A stretch of 64,000 nt of DNA from an uncultured Alphaproteobacteria bacterium (GTDB lineage Bacteria; Pseudomonadota; Alphaproteobacteria; Rhizobiales; Methyloligellaceae). The notes beneath the pieces were generated by a model, which was not told where the DNA came from, did no database searches, and saw nothing but the letters and a program-made list of their open reading frames with translations. How positions within the stretch are numbered: the first letter of the stretch is position 1; each line of letters begins with the position of its first letter. Positions 9,473 to 18,198 of the stretch are shown here, piece by piece. The stretch lies in assembly GCA_963764005.1 (NCBI GenBank), contig CAVXQX010000018.1:15775-79774 (forward strand), given 5' to 3'. Made by a program: the position numbers and the translations under genes.

Positions 9473-11264
9473 GCGCGGAGTCCCTTTTCTTTCCTTCGAG
9501 CTGCTCCAGGCGGGCGCGCAGCTCGCTATTCTCAAGCTCTGCATACATCGCGGCGGCGCGTTGGCCGAGTCTTGCCAGCATCCCGCGCTCATTGGCGTCG
9601 AGATCGGTGCCGGCCGCATGCGGCCCGTACAGCGACAGCGCGAGGCAGCGCACCGGATTGACCGCAGGCACAACAAGCACGGGCCGACTCAGTCCTGTCG
9701 GCAGATCCAGTTCGGGGGCGTCGGTCTCAGTGATTGGGAACGGCTCTCCTTCTTCGAGTGGGGCAAGCACGGGGAGATCGAGCTCCAGCGTCCGCGCCAT
9801 GCCGGCGCTCCAACCTTCGCTTTCGCCCTCGCGCCGGAACAGGGAACCGTCCCGGCGAAATGCCGCGGCCGAGGTCAGCTTCAGCAGCCGGGCAGGCTCA
9901 TCGGTGAGCAGACGGTCGATATCGACGGCCCGCCTCGCGCTCGCCAAGGCGGCGCCGAGCTCACGTTCGGCGGCGTCCAGTGCCCGATTGAAGTAGCGAT
10001 CGACCACATGCACCACGCCCTCATGCAGCCGTGAGATCAGGAACACGATCACGGCGCCGATCACGATCCACGCCCAGTTCGGAAGTGCGAGTTGCGACAG
10101 ATGCTTTGGCAGATGCTCGATCTCCTGATGCAGCAACAGCACCGGGAAACTCAGGATCAGGCCAAGGATGGTGACCCGGCGCAGCGGGATCGAGACACTG
10201 ACGACGCGCTTCCGCCGCAACGCCTCGAACACGAACAGGCAGAAGATGCCGTTCACCAAATACAGCAGGCCCGCAATGTCCTCGCTCGGCGTGAAATCGC
10301 CGAATCGCGTATCGAAGAATGTGGTCGTGGTGGCGAGGTCGGCGATCAGGAAGCTTGGCAGTCCGATCAAGCAGCCCCAGATCAGCCAGCGCAGGCGCTG
10401 ATAGTCCTCCGGCGTCTGCGTGCGCCGCTTGTCCAGCAGAATGGCAAGCGCGCAAAAGTCCACGACAAAGCCGGCCAGGATCGCGGCGCGGGTAACGAGC
10501 TCGGTTTGCAGGCCGAAGATCGTGCCATCGGCGGCAAGCAGCATCGCGCCAAGCACCACCCAGATCAGCGGCAGTGCGCGTTCGAGAGGCTGCCACCGTT
10601 CGTCCGCCACGTCGTTTGGCGCGCGGATGGCGAATTGGATCAAGCCCGCATAGCCCGCGGCTTGCGCCAAATTGCTCGCCACCTCCTCCACCAGCAGCAA
10701 AGGCGGAAAATGCGCCAGCATGGCGTAGTACATGTAGTACTGCCCGGGATTGAACCAGTTGACGTAGAGGAAAAACCCCCACGTCATTCTCGATGGCCGC
10801 GTCCACACCAGCCAGGCGCCCGCGATGATGACCAGCAGCCCTGCGATCTGGTCGAGCGCGATGATGAAGCGCACCAGCAAATTCGAGGGGCGCTGCGCCG
10901 CGACCAGGGTGATCTCTCGCGCCGGCCTGCCGTTCTCCTCGGCGAGAAACAGGGTGGCTTCACGTCCCGGCAGCACGAATACCAGGCCGCCGAGCACGGC
11001 AAGCGCGTCGCCGCAATTCTGCGGTTCCCGCAACCGGCAGCGCATCCGCTCGAGATCGATGCGGTCGCCGACCCGCACACCTGCTTGCCACGCCGGCGAC
11101 GCCGCCTTGTGGATGAACGGACCCTTTACGTCGTAGATCAGCCCGTCATTATTGGCGTAGAAGCCATACGAGCTGAGCGGCGTTACGATGCGAAGCAGGT
11201 CCGGGGCGACCATGAAGATGCCCCACAGCATCAGCGCGATCAGCAGCAGTCTTTGACGCGTCAT
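9459..11264 (-). CDS. Hypothetical membrane receptor: PDZ-like domain, about 8-9 TM helices, GAF-like domain and short coiled coil
   Basis: SPAWQAGVRVGDRI (PDZ-like), many hydrophobic helices, and VLVVPAV...LSLYGPHAAGTDLDANERGMLARLGQRAA (GAF-like); intact 601-aa ORF. Confidence 0.7.
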   Translation of the reverse strand: MTRQRLLLIALMLWGIFMVAPDLLRIVTPLSSYGFYANNDGLIYDVKGPFIHKAASPAWQAGVRVGDRIDLERMRCRLREPQNCGDALAVLGGLVFVLPGREATLFLAEENGRPAREITLVAAQRPSNLLVRFIIALDQIAGLLVIIAGAWLVWTRPSRMTWGFFLYVNWFNPGQYYMYYAMLAHFPPLLLVEEVASNLAQAAGYAGLIQFAIRAPNDVADERWQPLERALPLIWVVLGAMLLAADGTIFGLQTELVTRAAILAGFVVDFCALAILLDKRRTQTPEDYQRLRWLIWGCLIGLPSFLIADLATTTTFFDTRFGDFTPSEDIAGLLYLVNGIFCLFVFEALRRKRVVSVSIPLRRVTILGLILSFPVLLLHQEIEHLPKHLSQLALPNWAWIVIGAVIVFLISRLHEGVVHVVDRYFNRALDAAERELGAALASARRAVDIDRLLTDEPARLLKLTSAAAFRRDGSLFRREGESEGWSAGMARTLELDLPVLAPLEEGEPFPITETDAPELDLPTGLSRPVLVVPAVNPVRCLALSLYGPHAAGTDLDANERGMLARLGQRAAAMYAELENSELRARLEQLEGKKRDSAHGDV

Positions 11265-11381
11265 AGGGCACCGCCCGCTTGGCCCGGCATTCGAAGGGCC
11301 GCCATCGTGCCGGTCACCGACAGGCGAATCAGGTTAAACAACGTAGGACGATTGCCCGTCAATTGATCGCGCGAGGGAAGC

Positions 11382-12767
11382 ATGGCCGGAGCGAACCCGA
11401 AGCCCAGAAAGTTGAAGCCCAAGGCGGCAACGCAGAGGTCAAGGCGCGTCGCGCCGGCGCCCGTGGCTGGCGATGGCCTCGACCGTTTCTTCGGCCTCAC
11501 CGATGCCGGCACCTCCGTCGGCACCGAAATCCGCGCCGGTCTCGCCACTTTTCTCACCATGGCCTACATCATGTTCGTCAATCCGGCGATCCTGGAGAAG
11601 GCCGGCATGGATCATGGCGCGGTGTTCGTCGCGACCTGCCTCGCCGCCGCCATCAGTTCCATCGTCATGGGCCTCTACGCCAATTATCCGATCGCGCTCG
11701 CGCCGGGCATGGGGCTCAACGCCTATTTCGCCTTCACCATGGTGCCGGAGCTTGGCGGCAATTGGCAGCTCGCGCTCGGTCTCGTGTTTCTCTCCGGCGT
11801 GATTTTTTTCATTCTGTCGATCACGCCCGCGCGCGAATGGCTGGTGAACGCCATCCCGATGAATTTGAAACTCGGCATTGCCGCGGGCATTGGCCTCTTC
11901 CTCGCGCTGGTCGGGTTTGAGAATGCCGGCATGATCACCGCCGACCCATCGACCTTGGTGAAGCTCGGCGATATGGGCCAAGCCCAAGTCTTGCTTGCCG
12001 GTGCGGGCTTCATGCTGATTGCCGGGCTCGCCGCGCAGCGCATCCCCGGCGCCATCATCATCGGCGTGCTCGCCGTGACCTTCCTCGCCGTATTGTTTGG
12101 CTTGCAGCATTTCGAAGGCTTCGCCGCCCCGCCGCCATCGCTCGCGCCGACTTTCTTCAAGATGGATCTGTCTGGCGCGTTCACCCTCGCATCGATGGCG
12201 ATGATGCTGGCGCTCCTGCTCGTCACCATTCTCGACACGGCGGGTACACTCATCGGCGTCTCGCGCCAGGCCGGGCTGCTGGATGAAGAGGGAAATCTGC
12301 CAAGGCTGCGCCAAGCGCTGCTCGCCGATTCCAGCGCCACCATGATCGGGGCTGCGCTCGGCACATCCACCACGACCGCTTATATCGAGAGCGCGGCAGG
12401 CGTCGAGGAGGGCGGTCGCACGGGGCTCACCGCAATTGTGGTTGCGGTGCTGTTCCTCTTGAGTCTGTTCCTGGCGCCGCTCGCCAAGACCGTGCCGCTT
12501 TATGCCACCGCGCCTGCGCTCGTCTTCGTCGCCTTCTTGATGGCGAAGAGCCTCGGCGCCATCGAATGGCATGACCCGACCGAATACATCCCGGCCCTGA
12601 TGATCGCGATTTTGATGCCGCTCACTTATTCGATTGCGACCGGCATTGGCCTTGGCTTCATCTCCTATGTCGTGCTCAAGCTGGTGGCGGGGCGCTACCG
12701 CGAGATCAATGCAGCGGTTGCGGTCATAGCCGGCGCATTCCTGCTGAAATTGATCTTCACGGCCTAG
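11382..12767 (+). CDS. NCS2/AzgA family purine (guanine/hypoxanthine) permease
   Basis: TEIRAGLATFLTMAYIMFVNP, PIALAPGMGLNAYF and YIESAAGVEEGGRTGLTA motifs. Confidence 0.93.
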   Translation: MAGANPKPRKLKPKAATQRSRRVAPAPVAGDGLDRFFGLTDAGTSVGTEIRAGLATFLTMAYIMFVNPAILEKAGMDHGAVFVATCLAAAISSIVMGLYANYPIALAPGMGLNAYFAFTMVPELGGNWQLALGLVFLSGVIFFILSITPAREWLVNAIPMNLKLGIAAGIGLFLALVGFENAGMITADPSTLVKLGDMGQAQVLLAGAGFMLIAGLAAQRIPGAIIIGVLAVTFLAVLFGLQHFEGFAAPPPSLAPTFFKMDLSGAFTLASMAMMLALLLVTILDTAGTLIGVSRQAGLLDEEGNLPRLRQALLADSSATMIGAALGTSTTTAYIESAAGVEEGGRTGLTAIVVAVLFLLSLFLAPLAKTVPLYATAPALVFVAFLMAKSLGAIEWHDPTEYIPALMIAILMPLTYSIATGIGLGFISYVVLKLVAGRYREINAAVAVIAGAFLLKLIFTA

Positions 12768-12821
12768 GGTTAGAGCCCTTTCCCCTTGTAACCTAAGGCC
12801 CCCCTCGGCTATAGGGTCGCC

Positions 12822-13157
12822 ATGGACGATACCTCGCCAAATCACGCCAAACACGGCGCCGACCTGTTCTCGATATTCGTCACCTCGTTCTGCGCGGCGA
12901 TCTGCGTGGCCGGTGGCTTCGGCATCGTTTTCCAGGCCTTTATCGTCGCCGCTAGCGCCATGTTTGAGCTCGGCCATACTTTCGTTGTGGCGGCGAGCCT
13001 GCTCAACGCCGCGATTACAGTCTGGCTGTTTTTGTGGTGCTTTGCCCGCTCCTGGCACGTCGAGCGGCGCCTGAAAGAAGGGCTTGAGGTCGACGAACCC
13101 AAGCTCTCGATCCTCGCCAATCTCAAGGGTTATGGGCCGTCGCCGGCCAAGCCCTGA
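12822..13157 (+). CDS. Hypothetical 2-TM membrane protein
   Basis: 111-aa ORF with two hydrophobic segments, filling the gap between co-oriented genes. Confidence 0.6.
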   Translation: MDDTSPNHAKHGADLFSIFVTSFCAAICVAGGFGIVFQAFIVAASAMFELGHTFVVAASLLNAAITVWLFLWCFARSWHVERRLKEGLEVDEPKLSILANLKGYGPSPAKP

Positions 13158-13249
13158 GCAGAAGAAAACGGCCCAATTAAATGTTGCATGCGGCCGCCAT
13201 CAAAAATCCTTATGCTCTAACCTAGCGTCTGTGTCGGGGGGATTTTGCA

Positions 13250-13969
13250 ATGTCGATCTGGGGTAAGTTGGCGGGAGCGGCCGCGGGGCTCGCTATTGGC
13301 GGTCCGATCGGAGCGCTGGTGGGCGGCGTGGCGGGCCATTACGCCATCGACCGCGACGGCGATCAGGAAGGCCAGGCGGAAAATCAAGTCGCCTTCACTG
13401 TCGGCGTCATCGCGCTCGGCGCCAAGATGGCCAAGGCCGACGGCGTCGTCACCATGGACGAGGTCAACGCCTTCAAGGAAGTGTTCAAGGTGCCCGAAGG
13501 CGAGATGAAGAACGTCGCGCGCGTCTTCAATTTGGCCAAGCAAGATGTCGCCGGCTACGAGGCTTATGCCGAGCAGCTCGCCACCATGTTCAAGGGCAAT
13601 CGGAAATTGCTCGAGGACGTGCTGGAAGGTTTGTTCCACATCGCCAAGGCAGACGACCAGCTGCATCCCAACGAGGAGCAGTTTCTCGCCGGCGTTGCCA
13701 AGCGGTTTGGCATCACCGAGACCGAGTTCAGCTACATCAAGGCACGGCACGTTATCGCCTCGAAGCGCAATCCTTACGAAGTGTTGGGCGTTCAGCCCGG
13801 CATCGGCAATGATGAGCTGAAGAGCCAATACCGCAAGCTCATCTCTGAGAACCATCCCGACAAGTTGATCGCGCGCGGCGTGCCGCCGGAATTCATCGCC
13901 ATCGCCACCGAGAAGGTCGCCACGATCAACGAGGCCTATGGCCAGATCGCCAAGGAGCGTGGGATTTAG
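13250..13969 (+). CDS. djlA: DjlA-like co-chaperone (TerB-like plus C-terminal DnaJ domain)
   Basis: N-terminal GKLAGAAAGLAIGGPIGA anchor, AKMAKADGVV, and NPYEVLG...YRKLISENHPDK J-domain. Confidence 0.85.
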   Translation: MSIWGKLAGAAAGLAIGGPIGALVGGVAGHYAIDRDGDQEGQAENQVAFTVGVIALGAKMAKADGVVTMDEVNAFKEVFKVPEGEMKNVARVFNLAKQDVAGYEAYAEQLATMFKGNRKLLEDVLEGLFHIAKADDQLHPNEEQFLAGVAKRFGITETEFSYIKARHVIASKRNPYEVLGVQPGIGNDELKSQYRKLISENHPDKLIARGVPPEFIAIATEKVATINEAYGQIAKERGI

Positions 13970-13977
13970 TTTTTCTT

Positions 13978-14081
13978 CGTCATACCGGCGAAAGCCGGTA
14001 TCCAGTGAAAAACGATCGGCGATTCCACAAATGGAGCGTGAGCCATTCTTGTGCTGGATTCCGGCTTTCGCCGGAATGACG
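13978..14081. repeat. REP/MITE-like element: two inverted palindromic units (GTCATACCGGCGAAAGCCGGTATCCAG ... CTGGATTCCGGCTTTCGCCGGAATGAC)
   Basis: 27-bp terminal inverted units, each forming its own hairpin; a second family member lies at 59466-59571. Confidence 0.8.
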
Positions 14082-14091
14082 GAGTCAATCC

Positions 14092-14860
14092 ATGACCATC
14101 GCCCCCGATAGCCCGCTCGCCACCTTGTGGGTCCCATCGCCGAACCAGGAAGCGAGAGTCGGGACCCGCGTGCCGGACATGTTGATCCTGCATTATACCG
14201 GCATGGAATCTGCCGAAGCCGCGCTCGATTGGTTGACGCGCGAAGAGTCGAAAGTCTCATGCCATTATCTCGTCGACGAAGACGGGCGCATCACCCAGAT
14301 GGTCGCGGAGCAGGCCCGCGCCTGGCACGCCGGACAAAGCCGCTGGGCCGGAGAGACCGATCTCAATTCCTGCTCGATCGGCATCGAGATCCATAATCCC
14401 GGCCATGATTTCGACTATCCCGAATTTCCCGAATTGCAGATGCGGGCCGTCGAGGCTCTCTGCCTCGACATCCTCGGGCGAAACGCGATCCCACCTCACC
14501 GCGTGCTGGCCCATTCCGATATTGCGCCGGGCAGGAAGCGCGATCCCGGCGAGAAATTCGATTGGCAGCGCCTGGCCCGCGTCGGCATCGGCCTCTGGGT
14601 CGAGCCCGTGCCGTTGGACGATGATGCGGGCCTCGGGCCCGGCGACGAAGGCGAGAATGTGGCCGCGTTGCAAAACGCGCTTCGGGAATATGGCTACGGA
14701 GTCGAGCTGACCACCACCTACGGCACCGGGCTCCAGAAAGTGATCGAGGCCTTTCAGCGCCATTTCCGCACCGCCCGGATCGACGGCCGCGCCGACGTTT
14801 CGACCATCGCCACGCTGGAGAAACTGCTGGCCGCCAAAGCAGGCGGCGCGCTCGGTCTGA
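14092..14860 (+). CDS. N-acetylmuramoyl-L-alanine amidase (AmpD/AmiD-like, Amidase_2 plus PG-binding domain)
   Basis: LILHYTGM, VSCHYLV, AWHAG, SIGIEI, HSDIAPGRKRDPG and AFQRHFR motifs. The given ORF runs to 14940 through a terminator; the true stop is probably TGA 14858-14860 after an indel. Confidence 0.9.
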
Positions 14861-14863
14861 GTC

Positions 14864-14902
14864 AAACGAAAGGCCCGCTCGAATGGAGCGGGCCTTCGCA
14901 AA
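14864..14902. terminator. Bidirectional intrinsic terminator
   Basis: AAGGCCCGCTC-gaatg-GAGCGGGCCTT hairpin between convergent genes. Confidence 0.7.
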
Positions 14903-14926
14903 CTCTATGCGCTATGTCGCTTGGAC

Positions 14927-15179
14927 TTAGCCCTTCTTGAAGAACTCGTCGGCCTTCGCAAGGTTGCCCTTCGGGTCCTTCATGAACTCGCCCATGGCTT
15001 CTTTGCTGCCGAAGCAATAGGTCTTGCCGTCGAGCTGCCGAGCTGATCGAGCAGTCGGTCTGGATCTTCTTGCCAGAGGCCAGGCCCATGGCGCAGTAGT
15101 TCGTGTACTCACCGGCCATAGCGGCGGTGGCAAACAGCATGACGCCAGCGACGGCGGCGGTTAGGATAGCCTTATTCAT
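14927..15179 (-). CDS. Small secreted YHS-like protein with three conserved Cys (one frameshift)
   Basis: Signal peptide MNKAILTAAVAGVMLFATAAMA, then GEYTNYCAMGLASGKKIQTDCSIS/QLDGKTYCFGSKEAMGEFMKDP joined across two frames; strong AAGGAG RBS. Confidence 0.75.
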
Positions 15180-15268
15180 GGATAATCTCCTTCGTGGGGG
15201 TTAAACGTCTTGTCCCAAGATCGGGTCCCGGGGATACGCCTTCATACTAGCCTTAGATGACAATCGTC

Positions 15269-15284
15269 TGTGACTGGGGTCACA
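15269..15284. promoter_or_regulatory. Perfect CRP-type box TGTGA-N6-TCACA
   Basis: TGTGActggggTCACA, centred at about -40 relative to a start site predicted from a TAGTAT -10-like hexamer (15249-15244, minus strand). Confidence 0.6.
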
Positions 15285-15371
15285 CCACATACCAGCGCTG
15301 TTATCGTTGGCTGGGGCGCGCATACACATGTTCGTGTTACGAAGCTGTAGCCGACTAAACTAAATTGTGAG

Positions 15372-16450
15372 CTAATTTGTGACGTCGAACTCGTTGTCCT
15401 CGAATTTGTAGCGCGTCTCCTGCGTCCAGATCCCGTCCTCTTGCACCGGCACCTTGTGTATCTTCACGTTCTCGACCTCAAGCTTGCCGCTCTTCTCGTC
15501 CAGCCAGAAATCGATGTCGTAAAATTCGTCCTTGCTGCCGGGCTTGCGGAAGTCGGTGCAGATGAAATATTGCCCGTCCTTCTTCAAGCGCCGCACCGGC
15601 TGATGGATCTCGACGAAATCGAGCGGAACGCTCATGCCGGTCTTGTCGTCCTTCACCACCAACGCGCCGTGTTCGTCCTTATGCGTGGCGATGTAATTAT
15701 GCACCGCGCTCATGATGTGCCAGCCGCGAACCACCTCGGGGTCGCCGGGGTGTTCCGACACGGGTAGCCACCACCAGGCGACCGGCATGCGCGTCACCAT
15801 GTAATAGCTGTCGCCGTCCTGCTTCGGGCCCTTCTGCACCCTGATGTCCATCAGCGTGAGCTGGTCGCCTTCCGGCTTGAACCAGAAATCGAGCGCGTAT
15901 TGCTTCTTCGGCGTATCCTTGTCGTGGAAGATGGCGTTGGCGAACCAGCCATAGCCCTCCATGCCACGCACGCCCTTCATGCTGTCGAATAACAGATGCA
16001 GGTCGGTATCGAGTGTGGGATCGTGGAACACGAAGGCTCCGTCCTTGGAGCGGGCGTCAACCACCTTCTTCACCTCGGCGTTGACGTCTTCCTCGGTGAA
16101 GTCCTTCTTGCCCGCGGCCTTCGCCGCTTGTTTGCTGGCGAAGAACTCGCGCGCCTTCTGAATGTTCTCGGTGGGGTTCTTGAGGAAGGCTTCCTTCGAT
16201 GTCTCGGATGAGAAGCAATAGACCTTGCCGTCTTCCCCGGTCCAACTGATCGAGCAATCCGTCTTCGCCGTCTGGCCCTCGGCGAGACCCATCGCGCAAG
16301 AATTGTCGAACTCGCCCTTCGCAGGCGTTGCCGCCGGCATCGGCGACATCGCCGGCGCGGCAGGCGCTGCGTCTTCGGCGAGGGCCGGCGCGCAATGCCA
16401 AGCCACAAGTCCGGCGAGCAGCGCTCAGGCAGAAACCAATTGGCTTTCAT
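15372..16450 (-). CDS. Secreted protein: YHS-like 3-Cys domain plus tandem duplicated unknown domain
   Basis: GEFDNSCAMGLAEGQTAKTDCSISWTGEDGKVYCFSS is paralogous to the downstream small protein; internal repeat YALDFWF..LTLMDIRVQK / YDIDFWL..LEVENVKIHK. Start MKANWFL at 16450, with an indel in the signal peptide. Confidence 0.75.
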
Positions 16451-16513
16451 TACGCACAATCCTCCCTGAGACTCTGGGCGGCGCGATCGCCTCTGTTTGC
16501 CCGTTAGCCCAAC

Positions 16514-16530
16514 AATAGGCGAAACCTATT
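16514..16530. promoter_or_regulatory. Palindrome AATAGG-cgaaa-CCTATT (ATAG-N7-CTAT, LysR/OxyR-type half site)
   Basis: Perfect 6-bp inverted repeat about 65 bp upstream of the YHS-like gene. Confidence 0.45.
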
Positions 16531-16557
16531 CCGGAGCCGCGATCAACTTGCCGTTAC

Positions 16558-16598
16558 GAAAAGGGCCTCACCGCACCTTTTGGGAATGCGGTGAGGCC
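16558..16598 (-). terminator. Intrinsic terminator of the SDR-pirin transcript
   Basis: GGCCTCACCGCA / TGCGGTGAGGCC 12-bp stem followed by TTTT on the minus strand. Confidence 0.7.
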
Positions 16599-16627
16599 GG
16601 GCTGAGGCGGGGAGGGGGAGCCTCAGC

Positions 16628-17326
16628 TTAAACGCTGTCAACCAGCAGGATTTCGGCGTCTTCCAGCGCCGTCACCGTCACTTTCTCTTCTTTCTCGATC
16701 GCCACCCCGTCGCGGGTACCGGCCTGGACGCCGTTGACCTCGACGGTCCCTACGGCCGGAACCAGATAGCCATGGCGCTTCGCCCCGAGCTTGTACTCGA
16801 GCGTCTCGCCCTTTTTCACCGTGGCCCCGAGCACCCTTGCATCGGCGCGGATCGGCAGCGCGTCTTTGTCGCCTGCAAGCCCGCTCGCGAGTGTCACAAA
16901 GCGGCCGGAGCGGTCGCCCTTGGGAAAGGGCTTGGCGCCCCAGGACGGCTTGCCGCCATCCGACGTCGGCTCGATCCAGATCTGGAAGATCTTGGTCGCC
17001 TTGTCCTCGCGATTATACTCGGAATGATGCAGGCCTTCGCCCGCGCTCATCACTTGCACGTCGCCGGCTTCGGTCCGGCCACTATGGCCGAGACTGTCCT
17101 CATGCGTGATCGCGCCCTCGCGCACATAGGTGATGATCTCCATGTTCGCATGCGGATGCGGGGGAAATCCCGTGTGCGGCGCGATCTCATCGTCGTTCCA
17201 GACGCGAAGCGCACCATGTCCCAAGCGCTCCGGATCGTAATAGCGCGCGAAGGAAAAATGATGCTTGGCTTTGAGCCAACCATGATTGGCGCCGCCGAGT
17301 TTGGCGAAGGGTCGTAACTCAATCAT
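16628..17326 (-). CDS. Pirin family protein (YhhW-like quercetinase)
   Basis: HGWLKAKHHFSFA, GFPPHPHANMEIITYV and VQVMSAG..HSEYN motifs. Confidence 0.93.
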   Translation of the reverse strand: MIELRPFAKLGGANHGWLKAKHHFSFARYYDPERLGHGALRVWNDDEIAPHTGFPPHPHANMEIITYVREGAITHEDSLGHSGRTEAGDVQVMSAGEGLHHSEYNREDKATKIFQIWIEPTSDGGKPSWGAKPFPKGDRSGRFVTLASGLAGDKDALPIRADARVLGATVKKGETLEYKLGAKRHGYLVPAVGTVEVNGVQAGTRDGVAIEKEEKVTVTALEDAEILLVDSV

Positions 17327-17354
17327 CTCAGCACCTCCTACTCTCTAATTCTGA

Positions 17355-18106
17355 TTAGGCGTTGAAGCCGCCATCCACGTTCAGCGTTGTGCCGGTGATG
17401 TAGCCGGCCTCGGGGCTTGCGAGAAACGCAACGGCTGCGGCGACTTCCTCTGCTTTGCCGTAGCGCCCGAGCGCGGTGCGAGAGACCTGCGCTTCGGAGA
17501 AATCGCCATTGCCCGCGGGATTCATGTCGGTATCGATCGGGCCGGGCTGCACGTCGTTGACGGTGATGCCCTTGGTCCGAGGTCGCGCGCCCAGCCGCGA
17601 GTATAACCGAGCAGCGCGGCTTTGGTTGCGCTGTAATCGGCGATGCCGGGGAAGGGCGACTGCTCGCCAACCACGGACCCGATCGAGATGATGCGGCCGC
17701 CATCGCCGATGACGCCGGACGCCGCGCGAACCGCAGCGGCGACGCCGCCGACATTCACTGCGAACAGGTGATCGAGCTCGGCCTGATTGTTGGCGCGCTC
17801 ATGCACCTGGCTGGTGACGAACACACCGGCATTGTTGACCAGAATGTCGAGCCTGCCGAAACGTTTCACGACGGACTCTACCAGCCCCTCCACCTCTTTG
17901 GTCTTGGCCTGGTCGGCCTTGAACGCGGCGCCGCGCACGCCCTTGGCCTCGATCTCCTTCACCACCGCATTGGCCTTGTCGGCCGAAGCGCTATAAGAGA
18001 TGGCGACGTCTGCGCCCTGGTCGGCGAGCTTGCGGGCGATGGCAGCGCCGATGCCGCGTGAACCGCCGGTGACCAGAGCAACTTTTCCTGTAAGGGTCTT
18101 AGACAT
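17355..18106 (-). CDS. SDR family oxidoreductase (BdcA/FabG-like), one frameshift near 17570
   Basis: TGGSRGIG, NNAG, YSATK and QPGPIDTDMNP motifs in two frames. Confidence 0.9.
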
Positions 18107-18128
18107 GTGGAAACTCCTGTTGCGGATT

Positions 18129-18196
18129 AATGTATCGAGCACTACATTTAGGAGCGAGTTCCCCACTGTCAAGAGCATTATTTAGTGAACGCTAAA
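18129..18196. promoter_or_regulatory. Two palindromic TetR operator candidates in the divergent SDR/TetR promoter
   Basis: AATGTA-tcgagcac-TACATT (18129-18148) and TTTAG-tgaacg-CTAAA (18181-18196). Confidence 0.5.
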
Positions 18197-18198
18197 AA

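Noticed and set aside
11265-11381. Purine riboswitch upstream of the NCS2 permease
   Set aside because: No purine-riboswitch core sequence or terminator is visible; this is a short divergent promoter region.
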